Source of the DNA: Nitrosopumilus sp.
GTDB lineage: Archaea > Thermoproteota > Nitrososphaeria > Nitrososphaerales > Nitrosopumilaceae
Assembly: GCA_965205675.1 (NCBI GenBank)
Contig: OZ242186.1
Span: 704,001-768,000 of the forward strand
Direction of reading: 5' to 3'
Length of the DNA: 64,000 bases
Shown one piece after another: positions 1 through 14,583 of this stretch. Position 1 is the stretch's first letter, and each line of letters starts with the position of its first letter. The translations under genes and the position numbers were made by a program. The notes under the pieces are model-generated. The model ran no database searches and was not told the origin of the DNA. It worked only from the letters and a program-made list of their open reading frames with translations.

Positions 1-1156
1 ATCCCAGTGTATCTTTTATTACTTCACGATTTTGCTCAATCAGATTGATGAAAGGAAATACGTAGAATATTCGTTTAATGTTGTTATTTGATTTTAGTAG
101 AGTAAGAGCAAGTTTCATGGAGGTATTTGTCTTGCCGCCGCCTGTGGGAACCTTTAGGTAAAATACTCTTTGTTGAGGACTATTAGAAATAGATTTCTTA
201 AGATTAGAATCCGATTCTAAGAGTATTTTTGTTCTTAATTCATTTAGATCATTAATATCAGGAAGATTTAAATTTTGGATCTTTTTGTAACAAGAAGCAT
301 CGTTTAGTAGATACCCATCAAATTCATATTGGTAAAAATTCTTCTCGCATCTTTCTGCCAAAGAGGGGTTTATTGTAGAGATCTTATCCAAGTAAGATAC
401 ATCCTGCATAAAATCAAGAGTAGCGTAATAGTCACTTGTAATCAAAAGAGAGTAGATTGTCTTGTATAAATAAAACAAAGCCTCTTTTTGCTCGTCTTTT
501 TTGAAAATATAACGTATGTCTTTTTGTTTATAACCATCATTTTTGAAATTATACGCATTAGGCCATTTCTTCGTAGTTAGCAGGATTTTTTTCTGGCCAG
601 TAAAAAAAAGATCAGAAATTGTGTCTAAATCATTTAATTCCTGTTCAATTGTAGTATTGTTACGCATTTTTTTATAAAGAAAATTAATGTCTTGTAATTG
701 TGTATGATGTCTATCTATTGTCTGAGATAATAGGAGGAAAAGAATTTGATATTTCGATTCACAAAATTTGCTGTAAAAATCGTCAAAAAACAGATGATCA
801 AATAATATTTTACCATAAAAGGAATGATCTGAATTTAGACTCTCAGTAGAAACACACAAATCATTTTTCATCTTCTCTTTCTGAAATACAGGGTTAACCT
901 TGCCAAGATCATGATAATATATTATGGATCGAATCAATTCAATGAAATCGGGTGTTTGATGAGCTGGTACCAACGGAGATAAAATGCAATTTAAATTTTC
1001 TTTTAAAGATAGCTTGTTAATTAGGCAATCACAGTATTTCAGTGTCTTTTGTGAATGTGCGATTAATGTCTCAGAGTTTTTATCCCATGATGATGATGTA
1101 TGAGCCAAAATTTTATCATGATATTCTGGTTTTAATATTTGATCAAGAGTTTTCAT
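1..1156 (-). CDS. cas3: CRISPR-associated helicase/nuclease Cas3 (N-terminal HD domain plus start of SF2 helicase; truncated by window edge)
   Basis: Manual translation from ATG at 1156: MKTLDQILKPEYHDKILAH..ETLIAHS..YYHDLGKVNPVFQ (HD motif) and YLKVPTGGGKTNTS (Walker A). Directly downstream of cas5. Absent from the ORF track because it lacks a stop in the window. Confidence 0.93.
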   Translation of the reverse strand, partial: MKTLDQILKPEYHDKILAHTSSSWDKNSETLIAHSQKTLKYCDCLINKLSLKENLNCILSPLVPAHQTPDFIELIRSIIYYHDLGKVNPVFQKEKMKNDLCVSTESLNSDHSFYGKILFDHLFFDDFYSKFCESKYQILFLLLSQTIDRHHTQLQDINFLYKKMRNNTTIEQELNDLDTISDLFFTGQKKILLTTKKWPNAYNFKNDGYKQKDIRYIFKKDEQKEALFYLYKTIYSLLITSDYYATLDFMQDVSYLDKISTINPSLAERCEKNFYQYEFDGYLLNDASCYKKIQNLNLPDINDLNELRTKILLESDSNLKKSISNSPQQRVFYLKVPTGGGKTNTSMKLALTLLKSNNNIKRIFYVFPFINLIEQNREVIKDTLG

Positions 1157-1163
1157 TATCAAA

Positions 1164-2003
1164 TCAGAATAGATATATTGTTTCTCCATCGATCTCAAAC
1201 AGATTTCCTTTTCCTAAATCTACTGAAGAGGTATCGGATCTTTTTGCAAGTTGTGCTACTTGAAGATGATAGTGCATGTTTTCAGAATAGCCTATAGGAT
1301 AATTTTCAACAAATCTAAATCCTCCCGGAAGACCCGATACTGTATGGCCATCATTAGATTCAAATCTACTTGCTGTATCGTTGCCATTGATATGGGTATT
1401 TTCATTATTTGTAAGAAATACAGATGATATGCATTCAGCGTTTTTCTTCTTCTGTTTTACATCTCCTGTGTTTATCTTGTCAAAACATGCAATGAATTCA
1501 TTTTTTCCAAGGTAGGGCATGAAAACAGGCTTGTTGTTTTTTAAGCGATCTGTTAATTCAACAATTGAATCCTTTTCTGCCTGATCGTAAACATAAATTC
1601 TGTATTTGGGTCTTATCAAAAGCTGTTCATGAATAAGTACATTTTCACTTGCTAGTCCTGCTTTGACGTTAACATTGGTATAAAAATAGCTATTTCTGCT
1701 GTTGTATGTGTTTATTATTTTGTTAAATGGAAAATCACCAATTGGTTTTATACCGATCTTGAGATCTTTGAGTCTTTCATAGAATTCAGGAAATTGATTT
1801 AAATCTAAATTATTTTTTTCATTGAATTGTGATGATATCGTTTCATATTGTCTGTCAAATCCACCCATGCCCAAGATACTGCCTATCATTCCCAAAATTG
1901 CAGGTTTTGGAGGGAGATTATATGTTAGACTTGTTTTGTTGATATCTGGCTTCTTAAAGAAACCAAAATCTGAACACATATCAAAATATACAAGATTTAC
2001 CAC
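1164..2003 (-). CDS. cas5: Type I-B Cas5 (Cas5h-like)
   Basis: N-terminal FGFFKKPD..SLTYNLPPKPAILGMIGSILG and PYLGKNEF motifs of Cas5; position in operon. Confidence 0.92.
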   Translation of the reverse strand: MVNLVYFDMCSDFGFFKKPDINKTSLTYNLPPKPAILGMIGSILGMGGFDRQYETISSQFNEKNNLDLNQFPEFYERLKDLKIGIKPIGDFPFNKIINTYNSRNSYFYTNVNVKAGLASENVLIHEQLLIRPKYRIYVYDQAEKDSIVELTDRLKNNKPVFMPYLGKNEFIACFDKINTGDVKQKKKNAECISSVFLTNNENTHINGNDTASRFESNDGHTVSGLPGGFRFVENYPIGYSENMHYHLQVAQLAKRSDTSSVDLGKGNLFEIDGETIYLF

Positions 2004-2020
2004 AAAAATCCCCCAGCGGT

Positions 2021-2983
2021 TTACTTGTCACGTATTTCTTCCAAGGTTACAATGTGTCTCTTTTTGACAGGAAACTCGTTTATTCCAATCAAATCAATTT
2101 CATTATCATCATAGTATAGTTCTATGCTGGAGATGTATTTTTTATAATTACTCTTGAATTGGGAAAAAAGGTTTGACAAGTCTATGATGTTTTTATTCTC
2201 GCCTCTCTTTATCATAACATGATCTTTCATCATTGGTAATATGTGAGATTCTATTCTACCGTCTTTTTCATCAGCATTCATTTCAATAAACAAAAACAAC
2301 TCTGCATCAGATCCGATTTTAGATGCAGATGTAGTATGGCTTATGCCACGACACATGGCTTCTTTGAATAGTTCTATATCAGATTCTAATAAAAGTGATT
2401 TTTCATCTTGTCCCATACCCAATTCTAAAGAGTTGATCAGATTATTGGGGTTGATTACAAAGTCATATACATAATGAGACTCTAATGCCTTTGTTTCATT
2501 ACCAAGAGTTTGCTGTTTTTTATCCTTATCTGATGCATAAGGTGAAAGTATTTGATTGTTGTAAAATAGATTTTCATCAAACCTGTCTATGCCATAAGAA
2601 ATCTGAGTTGTTCCAGTAAGTGAAACCTTTTTGCCTTCTTCTGGATATGTGGCTCCAAATAAACGAACGTCTATCGTAGAAGTTAATTTAGCAATAACAT
2701 CTTTTTTTGTTTTAGCTTCTTTCCCAAAGACTTGACTATAATTTTCATTAATTTCACAAGGATTGCCATCTTTTTTATATCGTCTCCAAACAAATACTTT
2801 TTCGCCTTTATTGTGCAGATACTTTCTGACACAATATTTCAATGCTTTATCTGTAGCATAAATTGTTCCATTTTCATCAGGTAACCGCCTTGGAAGACCA
2901 GAAAAATCGCTGTTAAAAGAACTATTCTTTGCTTTAACAATCAACAGACCCTGAGCAAATTTCTTGAAATGTTTCGGTGTCAT
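2021..2983 (-). CDS. cas7: Type I-B Cas7 (Csh2/DevR-like backbone)
   Basis: NSSFNSDFSGLPRR, TDKALKYCVRKY and IDVRLFGAT motifs typical of Cas7b/Csh2. Confidence 0.93.
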   Translation of the reverse strand: MTPKHFKKFAQGLLIVKAKNSSFNSDFSGLPRRLPDENGTIYATDKALKYCVRKYLHNKGEKVFVWRRYKKDGNPCEINENYSQVFGKEAKTKKDVIAKLTSTIDVRLFGATYPEEGKKVSLTGTTQISYGIDRFDENLFYNNQILSPYASDKDKKQQTLGNETKALESHYVYDFVINPNNLINSLELGMGQDEKSLLLESDIELFKEAMCRGISHTTSASKIGSDAELFLFIEMNADEKDGRIESHILPMMKDHVMIKRGENKNIIDLSNLFSQFKSNYKKYISSIELYYDDNEIDLIGINEFPVKKRHIVTLEEIRDK

Positions 2984-3007
2984 TTACACATAGCCTTCTT
3001 TCTTGCA

Positions 3008-4696
3008 TTAAATAACATTATCGTCTAGTGCTCCAACATAAAATGGAATTTTTAATTCTGTAAAAGACATACTTGGCTCATATGAAAAAACACATGTTGT
3101 AATTTTTTTAAAACGCTTGTTATCAAGTTTAATTTCATGTTTGTATTGTGCAATAAGTTGTTCGATGGTTTTCTTGACCAATTTTGTTGTGGATTTGTTG
3201 GTAAATGGTTCAAGAAGGCCATAAGTGAGCTTTTTTGATTTGGACAAACTTATCAGATAGTATGCTATTTGGCCTGCAAAGTATGCCCATCTCTCATCAC
3301 TATCAATCTCAATTTTCTCATTGTTGTCAGATAGAATTTTGTCTTTTATAGATTTAACATCATCTAAAATACATTTAGGTTTACTTTCATTTGACAACAG
3401 CAAGTGTCTGTTAAAGAACAAATTAAAAGTTTCTTTATCTGGTTTTTCCTTATTTCTTATACTTTTTTCGATTCGGAATAAAATTATATTTTGCAGATCC
3501 TTGAAAGTAAGTGTCTTTTTATTCCTATAAACAAAATCAAATATCTTTTGCCTCAATGAATAGATCAAAGTCGTTTCTTGGTTATCCTTTCCTTTTATCG
3601 GACCAAAATATTTGATAAATGATTTTTTACCATGTAGTGCTTCAGCTAGTTTTCCTTCAAGTTCATAACGTTTGATTGGTTTTGGTTTTTTATCATTTCT
3701 GAAATAGTCAGTAAAACAACCAATTTCCCACGTATAACCCGATACATAATCAAAGAATAGATATTCTTTAGATATAATAACAAGATAAAAATCAAAAACA
3801 TTTCTGTCGCGTTTGTAAAGTTGATTGAATATGAAATTAAATCTGTTTTCATCTCTTTCTAATTTATGATTTAACAATTTAATTTCTCCATTTACTTTAT
3901 CAGATTCAACAAATAAAGGAAAAATTTTGATTTTTTGTTCGTCAAGAATTTTAAGGAATTGATTCAAACTTACTGAACAACTTCTACATACTCTAAGTGG
4001 TATGCCTCCCTGACTAACCCTAGTAATATGTTTTAAAAAAAATTTCTTCCCATCATAATTAGTTAAAAAACTAGGATTTGAAATTTCTAGATTGGATTTT
4101 CGGCATACAAAACATTCTCCTTTAACTACAGATGTTTTTTTACCTATACTAGTTCTTTCTGTAATAAATTCAGAAGCAATTTTATCCCATTTGATAAATC
4201 TTTTTTCATCAGTATGGATCAAAACATGAAAATCCAAATAATTAAAAGTATTATCCTTGTTTTTTGTTAAATCAGGTAAAGCATCATTCAGAATTTCATG
4301 AATGTTTTCAATTAATATGCTATGATTCTTTTTTAGGAATTTTGTTTTGGATATTTTTTTCTTTAAGTCATCAAGGTTTTTTTGAGAGAGTTTAAAGGCA
4401 AAAAAAGTGAATGTTATCAATCCAGACGTACTTCCTAATGCCTTGTTTGGTTCACCAGGTAAAACATAATCTCTAAAACTATCAATTATTTTTTCATAGT
4501 GTTTGTTTTTATCAATCCACCCATTAACTTTGGAATCGTCATCCAGTATTTCAAGTCCATTATACATGAGAGAGTCATCATTCTTATTTTCTTTTGTTTT
4601 AATTATGATAATTTGTTTACCTGACCTAGGTTCTTTATGCTGTGTGGGTGATTCTTTATTGTACATATCAACAAACGTAATTATTTCTTTTAGCAT
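3008..4696 (-). CDS. cas8b: Type I-B large subunit Cas8b (Csh1-like) with C-terminal Cas11-like region
   Basis: 562 aa; CxxC...CxxC (CFVC, CRSC) zinc motif; C-terminal AYFAGQIAYYLISLSKS helix bundle; lies between cas6 and cas7. Confidence 0.85.
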   Translation of the reverse strand: MLKEIITFVDMYNKESPTQHKEPRSGKQIIIIKTKENKNDDSLMYNGLEILDDDSKVNGWIDKNKHYEKIIDSFRDYVLPGEPNKALGSTSGLITFTFFAFKLSQKNLDDLKKKISKTKFLKKNHSILIENIHEILNDALPDLTKNKDNTFNYLDFHVLIHTDEKRFIKWDKIASEFITERTSIGKKTSVVKGECFVCRKSNLEISNPSFLTNYDGKKFFLKHITRVSQGGIPLRVCRSCSVSLNQFLKILDEQKIKIFPLFVESDKVNGEIKLLNHKLERDENRFNFIFNQLYKRDRNVFDFYLVIISKEYLFFDYVSGYTWEIGCFTDYFRNDKKPKPIKRYELEGKLAEALHGKKSFIKYFGPIKGKDNQETTLIYSLRQKIFDFVYRNKKTLTFKDLQNIILFRIEKSIRNKEKPDKETFNLFFNRHLLLSNESKPKCILDDVKSIKDKILSDNNEKIEIDSDERWAYFAGQIAYYLISLSKSKKLTYGLLEPFTNKSTTKLVKKTIEQLIAQYKHEIKLDNKRFKKITTCVFSYEPSMSFTELKIPFYVGALDDNVI

Positions 4697-4742
4697 CTAT
4701 AATATCACACAGTTAAATTGAAATTCTAAATTATATATTCTT

Positions 4743-5486
4743 CTAAACTGTCTTTTTCATGACAGGATTTACAAAACCAAACCCCAACGAGTTGCGTTCT
4801 CCTAGCCCACAGTCAAGGGCAAATTTTTGGATATCGGGGGAAATTCCAGCAGAAAACTTTATCTCCCACAAAGAGCCAATTACCGGAATCTTTGACAAAT
4901 CCTGTTCAATCTTGGTGGAGACTTGTTTTTTAAATTCATAATGCTCAAAAATTCGTTTGTTAATTTGTAAACCCGTAAACTCTTCATATTTTTTTCGCAT
5001 ATTGGCTTCAAGTGCATCGATGAATAGATCGATAGGATGATCTGATCTCCATAAAACTGACTTGTACGGGGCAGTATGTATTGTTTTTCCAGAATATTTT
5101 TCAATCGGTATGCGTATAATTATTGGAGACTGGGTGATTATTTTCAGTGGAAATGTCAAATTTCTTTCAGGTACTTTGATCGCCTTGACTATCTTAAATA
5201 AACTCCCGATTGATATTAACACACAGTTGTCAATAATTTTGATCAATTGTTCATGAATCTGATTTACAAGTTCTTTGTTGGGTGATGATATGATCAGATG
5301 GTAATGATCCGACTTTGTAGATTTGAATATGTTTGAAAAACAGAAAAATTTGTATCCTTTTTTATCGTGCAATTGATCAAAATCACTATTTCTAAGAAAA
5401 GAATAGATGAATCCCTGGATTTTTGCATGATATTCAAAGTTGATTTGATAATTTTGTAATGATTTTATAAAAAGCAATATGCGCAT
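4743..5486 (-). CDS. cas6: CRISPR endoribonuclease Cas6
   Basis: LHDKKGYKFFCFSNI and C-terminal glycine loop GLGERNSLGFGFV. Confidence 0.95.
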   Translation of the reverse strand: MRILLFIKSLQNYQINFEYHAKIQGFIYSFLRNSDFDQLHDKKGYKFFCFSNIFKSTKSDHYHLIISSPNKELVNQIHEQLIKIIDNCVLISIGSLFKIVKAIKVPERNLTFPLKIITQSPIIIRIPIEKYSGKTIHTAPYKSVLWRSDHPIDLFIDALEANMRKKYEEFTGLQINKRIFEHYEFKKQVSTKIEQDLSKIPVIGSLWEIKFSAGISPDIQKFALDCGLGERNSLGFGFVNPVMKKTV

Positions 5487-5597
5487 ATTGTGACTAATAT
5501 TGTTTCATATTTCATCTTTTAGGTAAGAGACTAATTTGCTCCTAGTATAGTTTTGGTATTTTTTCTTTAATCTTTGTTATCTTTTTCTGCCATGTGA

Positions 5598-5912
5598 TAG
5601 TTAAGGCATTAAATATCTGAACACTTTAACAACTCGAAACACTTCATTATCCAATCTCGTCTGCATGTGTTTTCTCATTTCAGAACCATTGACGAAGAAT
5701 TGGTTTGCAGTTTCCCTTTTTCTCTTCTCTGTATCTTAATTGGGTTTAATTCTGGAGTGTATGCAGGAAAAACATCTAATGTTCGCTTTACTTTTTGATG
5801 CTTTGAGAAATTCTTTTACTATGACACTTTTGTGGCATGATGCATTATCTGCAAACAATAACAGTTTCTTACGAAATTGTTTTTGTAATGATTCTAAAAA
5901 ATCAAGAAATGA
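5598..5912 (-). mobile_element. IS630-family remnant (3' end only)
   Basis: Terminal TAGTTAAGGCATTAAATAT matches the right end of the IS630 at 38441-39594; degenerate ADNASCHKS...PELNP transposase frame homologous to 39270-39594. Confidence 0.85.
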
Positions 5913-6334
5913 ATCCTGAATCTGATGCAATCCTACTTAGGATAACGCTTAATTCCAATCAAAAATTATCTGATATGTTGCCTAGTTTTGAGTTAAACTA
6001 TTTTGCAGACAAAGTACACATTCATCGATGGCCCCAAAACTCACCTATCTGGGATGATTCTACAAAAAAACAATTTGTTGAATCAATCAACTCCAATCCA
6101 GGCAAAAAACAGATCATAATTAAAGACAATTACTTGAAAATAGGGGATTTTGAATTTACTTCATTGAAAAAAATTGGGGTTTCTGTACCTTTTTTTAAAA
6201 AGGAATGCACCATGATCTTGGAGGCCCAATATGGGAAATTCTTTGCACATGTGCACATTACAACAAAATCTGAGGACTATCTTGAGATTTTTAACAAATT
6301 AATTTCCTGGACCAAATCTTTTTCAAGGACTTAG
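5909..6334 (+). CDS. Hypothetical protein
   Basis: Open frame with host-like composition; start moved to ATG 5909 because the upstream part of the track ORF is IS sequence. Confidence 0.65.
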   Translation: MNPESDAILLRITLNSNQKLSDMLPSFELNYFADKVHIHRWPQNSPIWDDSTKKQFVESINSNPGKKQIIIKDNYLKIGDFEFTSLKKIGVSVPFFKKECTMILEAQYGKFFAHVHITTKSEDYLEIFNKLISWTKSFSRT

Positions 6335-6341
6335 AAGATAC

Positions 6342-7616
6342 TCATCTTATCATTTTTCTGATATCTGCCTTTGTGTGCGCATTTGATATGGCACCTAGTT
6401 TTCCTGGCAAAAAGAAAATTCCGTCATGTGCTATCATTTTAAAATGATATTCATGCAGGGCCTTGATATCACACATTGCTGCTTGGCAAGCATTGGTAAT
6501 CTCTGAAATCCCGTCTTTAACAAAATGAGTCATAAACAAAGACCCCTTGCCTGTAACTATGACTTTGCCATCAAATGACTTTGTTAGTTCTTGTCTTGCA
6601 TATTGCCCCAAATCGTTAATCTTAGAATACACTGAACTGTTGTTTTTTAACACCAATAGAGTAGCATACCCTGATGTCATAGAAGCTGGATTTGCAGAAA
6701 ACGTACCTCCCCCCACATAACTTCGCTTTGACTTTTTCTTATCTGTGGTATCTGCATGCTTCATGATTTCTTTTTTTCCACACATCACTCCAATTGCCAT
6801 TCCGCCTCCTACAATCTTACCTAATGTAACAATGTCTGGATCTAACTTCATTGTAGGGTATAGACATCCGTATCTGAATCTAAATCCTGTAACAATTTCA
6901 TCTAAAATAAACAATGACTTGTTTTTATGAACAAACTCTTGAACCCCTTTGAGATATTCTGGAGTAGCTGGAATACATCCTGCACCTCCCAACACTGGCT
7001 CTATGATTACTCCTGCTAAATCCTTTGCGTGTTTCCTAAGAATTTTTAGCGAACCTTCTAAATCATTGTAAGGTATGGAAATAATCTTCTCTTCATTTAC
7101 TATTCCGCTACTTTCTGATTCACTAAACGGCCAGTTTACACTTTTGAGCAAATCTGATGTGTATCCGTGCCATCCTCCATCAATCTTTGCAATAATTTTT
7201 TTCCTAGTTACTGAACGTGCCAGTCTTACTGCATACATTGTAGCTTCAGTTCCTGATGTGACATAGCGAATTTTTTCAGCAACTGGAACTGCCTTTGAAA
7301 TTAATTCTGATAATTTTATTGTCTGTTCATTTACAGTTCCATACATCCAACTTTTTTCAATTTGTTTTCTCAGAGAATCCTTGACATCTTTTGGAGCGTG
7401 TCCTAAAATTAAACTCCAATGTCCCATCCAATAATCTGTATACTTGTTCTCATCTACATCTACAAGATTTTTTCCAGAAGATGATTTTACTACAAATGGA
7501 TATGGTTCATAATATCGTATATTGTGAGAAACACCATTTACATGAAGTCTCAATGACTTTGCAAATATTTTTGCAGAATTTTTTGTCTTTTTTTTATACT
7601 CTGTAATGTAACTCAA
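6342..7616 (-). CDS. hemL: Glutamate-1-semialdehyde 2,1-aminomutase (class III aminotransferase)
   Basis: [34 protein letters not shown] (PLP lysine) and GGTFSANP motifs; divergent from 16S rRNA as is typical of group I.1a thaumarchaea. Confidence 0.9.
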   Translation of the reverse strand: MSYITEYKKKTKNSAKIFAKSLRLHVNGVSHNIRYYEPYPFVVKSSSGKNLVDVDENKYTDYWMGHWSLILGHAPKDVKDSLRKQIEKSWMYGTVNEQTIKLSELISKAVPVAEKIRYVTSGTEATMYAVRLARSVTRKKIIAKIDGGWHGYTSDLLKSVNWPFSESESSGIVNEEKIISIPYNDLEGSLKILRKHAKDLAGVIIEPVLGGAGCIPATPEYLKGVQEFVHKNKSLFILDEIVTGFRFRYGCLYPTMKLDPDIVTLGKIVGGGMAIGVMCGKKEIMKHADTTDKKKSKRSYVGGGTFSANPASMTSGYATLLVLKNNSSVYSKINDLGQYARQELTKSFDGKVIVTGKGSLFMTHFVKDGISEITNACQAAMCDIKALHEYHFKMIAHDGIFFLPGKLGAISNAHTKADIRKMIR

Positions 7617-7770
7617 AAGTAATTTTTAAAATAAAATCTGTCATTTTAACTATCAAAATAACCATCTCTGGTCAGTCTCTAAAAGTAAGGCATGTTTGAG
7701 TGGATGATATGGAGAATAAAATGTGTAATTTTTACAATTTTTTGACCCGATCAGGCATAATTTCACGTAT

Positions 7771-7780
7771 GGTTTATATG
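7771..7780 (+). promoter_or_regulatory. Putative TATA box of the rRNA operon promoter
   Basis: GGTTTATATG about 230 nt upstream of the 16S 5' end, ahead of a structured leader. Confidence 0.5.
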
Positions 7781-8001
7781 GATTCTGGTTTTATTGGCTT
7801 CTGCATACGTAACGCAATAGGCGGCGCCCGTGATGAAGTATGGCAAGATGCCACTTTGTGATTTATGGGCCTCCAGTTACGCATACAAAAATGAGGATTT
7901 GATTGCAAGATCAATATCTGAGATGTGAAGATTATGTGCATCCGTCAATTCCAATTAAAGTACAAATGTACTTCAATAATCAAAACAAAAAAATAATTCA
8001 G

Positions 8002-9472
<1,471 letters not shown>

Positions 9473-9624
9473 TAGACAAGGAAAGTGTACGGGTGTACAT
9501 AATCTTCATATCAAATCATCGATGCAATGCATCACCAAAAGTGATGTATGAAGGATGTAGTATGTCCCTGCCAGGGGACTTGCAATGATCGTCGTGCATA
9601 GTCGTGTAATATGTGGCTGAATAT

Positions 9625-12612
<2,988 letters not shown>

Positions 12613-12697
12613 CGGTTCAGCCACTTACATAGAGACTATGCGCGATGATTTCATTCATATCATCAAGTGGATAACATATACACGACTTGTACGATGA

Positions 12698-12775
12698 TTT
12701 TATTTTTTAATCATACATAGCGTAAGCTATGTGTTTTTATTTTTTAATCATACATAGCGTAAGCTATGTGTTTTT
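12698..12775 (+). terminator. Tandemly duplicated (37-bp period) hairpin plus T-tract downstream of the rRNA operon
   Basis: ACATAGC-GTAA-GCTATGT followed by TTTTT occurs twice in exact tandem. Confidence 0.6.
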
Positions 12776-12958
12776 AGCTCTTTGATATTTTTTACATCGA
12801 TTAATTTTTTTACAAATGAGTTTAATTTGCAACAAATATTTTGTTTTGATGCTTGTAAAATCTATTATTTCAAGAAAATAATATTTGTTTAATGGTTTCC
12901 CACATGTTGATCATGTTCAATACATTTCATGTTGAAAATCCCAGAACATCATGGGAGT

Positions 12959-13870
12959 TTAGGACTTGCTCTTGGTGGGAATAGTTCTATCTTTGTGCTC
13001 TACAAGAACTAATTCCTTTTTCCATTTTAGAAATCGTGAGTCAGGAGGATACTCTATGTCCTCATTTATCTTGATTTCAGATAAAATGGATGTAAGCCAT
13101 CTTCTTACTGTAATTGTTCTGTTATCTCTTAAATTTTCTGATATTTTTATTCCTAGATCTTTTTCTACAATAACATCGCCTCTCTCAAAGGCCGTATCAC
13201 ATAATCTGCAAAACAACAACCCATTAGTTGGATTCATAGAGTTTTTAGGCTCTTCTTTTTTCATAATGTTATATGGCACAATATGTGCGCCTATCATGTA
13301 CTCTGGAATTTTAAATCCACATAGAACACATTTGTGGTACTGATTTTGTAAAATATTTTTAAATGCAGTCTGTTTTGTTCGAGCATAAATAGTTTGTATA
13401 GAACCATCAGAATGGAAATTCTTTTGTTTAATTTCTTGTTTAACATATTTGATAGCATATTCTTCTAACAAGGAATGATGATTTATTTTGGAACCTGCCA
13501 ATCTCCATATCCCCATACCTCGTCCACTTTTTGTACGCTTCCAATCTACTAAAATATTCTTTAGACGTAATCTCCGAATTTCTCCTGCTATCTCTTTGTA
13601 CAATTTGTTCCCATTTTCGTTAGTATAATCATCAAGGTTAAGACCTAAGCGTAATACTACAAATTTATCCAGTTCAGTTTTATTGTGCCATATGCACTTG
13701 CGTTCATCTGTTTTGGAATATGATTTACCATCATTTTGTATCATAAAGATTGGTTTACCTGGTTGAGTAAGATATTCCCATACATATTTTTGAAGACCGG
13801 TAAATTCCGGATATTTCTTGAACTGTCTCAATAATATGAATAAGAATTTATCATAATTAAATGAAGACAT
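12959..13870 (-). CDS. HNH endonuclease (restriction-like, C-terminal HNH_2 domain)
   Basis: CVLCG..GAHIVPY..NPTNGLLFCRLCDTAFERG and FLKW tail. Confidence 0.8.
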   Translation of the reverse strand: MSSFNYDKFLFILLRQFKKYPEFTGLQKYVWEYLTQPGKPIFMIQNDGKSYSKTDERKCIWHNKTELDKFVVLRLGLNLDDYTNENGNKLYKEIAGEIRRLRLKNILVDWKRTKSGRGMGIWRLAGSKINHHSLLEEYAIKYVKQEIKQKNFHSDGSIQTIYARTKQTAFKNILQNQYHKCVLCGFKIPEYMIGAHIVPYNIMKKEEPKNSMNPTNGLLFCRLCDTAFERGDVIVEKDLGIKISENLRDNRTITVRRWLTSILSEIKINEDIEYPPDSRFLKWKKELVLVEHKDRTIPTKSKS

Positions 13871-13989
13871 TAGAATTAGAGCAAATATTTGTATGAGAAT
13901 CAGTCAACTCAAAAATTAATGATAAATGTGGAATCATGAAATGGGACAAATTATTTGTTAATGATATTTGTTGAAATCTAGATTTACAA

Positions 13990-14403
13990 TTAAAATGATG
14001 ACGCTAGTGAATCAGTTTAAATCTAAAATATTAAAATCATTACAGAAACAATCTGCTAAGGGATTGTTATTATCTGCAGATAACGCATCATACCACAAAA
14101 CTAGTAGGGTAAAAAAGTTTTTCAAAAAATCAAAAAGAAATGTAATCATCAGATATTTTTCTGCATGCATGTCAGAATTAGACTAAATTGGAATTCATGG
14201 GGAGAAGAGAAAAAGAAGAACTGCAATTTAACACAGTTGAAAAAATATCAAAACAAGGAAAATACAAACTGCTAGTCTCACAGCATCAACTATCTCTGAG
14301 GAATTTGAAAAATAACATCTCCAAATATTATGGGACAAAAAGATTCAATTTGAATATTCTAAAGTTTATGCAGCCAAAAGATGAACTCATCTTCGAAAGT
14401 ATA
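13990..14403 (+). mobile_element. Degenerate IS630-family transposase remnant
   Basis: ADNASYHK and QFNTVEKISKQGKYKLLVSQHQ..NNISKYY fragments resemble both IS630 types in this window; ends in GAAAGTATA like the IS630 terminus. Confidence 0.8.
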
Positions 14404-14583
14404 CGTTTGCAATCCCATTGCCATTTAGTTGAATTCTTCTAATTCAATGTCATTTTGAAGTTCTTTTGGCAGTCCTAGCCACCATTCTTTAGTATTTTTA
14501 GATATATTTACACAAATCTAAAGTTGCTAATAGATCTGTTGGTTAATTCTTCAAAGTAACTATTAAAGAAAATATGACAAAAT

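Noticed and set aside
4697-4742. creTA-like RNA toxin-antitoxin between cas6 and cas8b
   Set aside because: The gap is only 46 bp, AT-rich, and has no repeat-like pair.
5837-5908. N-terminal extension of the 165-aa ORF
   Set aside because: It is the antisense strand of the IS630 remnant, not part of the host gene.
9473-9624. tRNA-Ala in the 16S-23S spacer
   Set aside because: No cloverleaf or TTCGA motif; the spacer consists of processing-stem halves, as expected for thaumarchaea.
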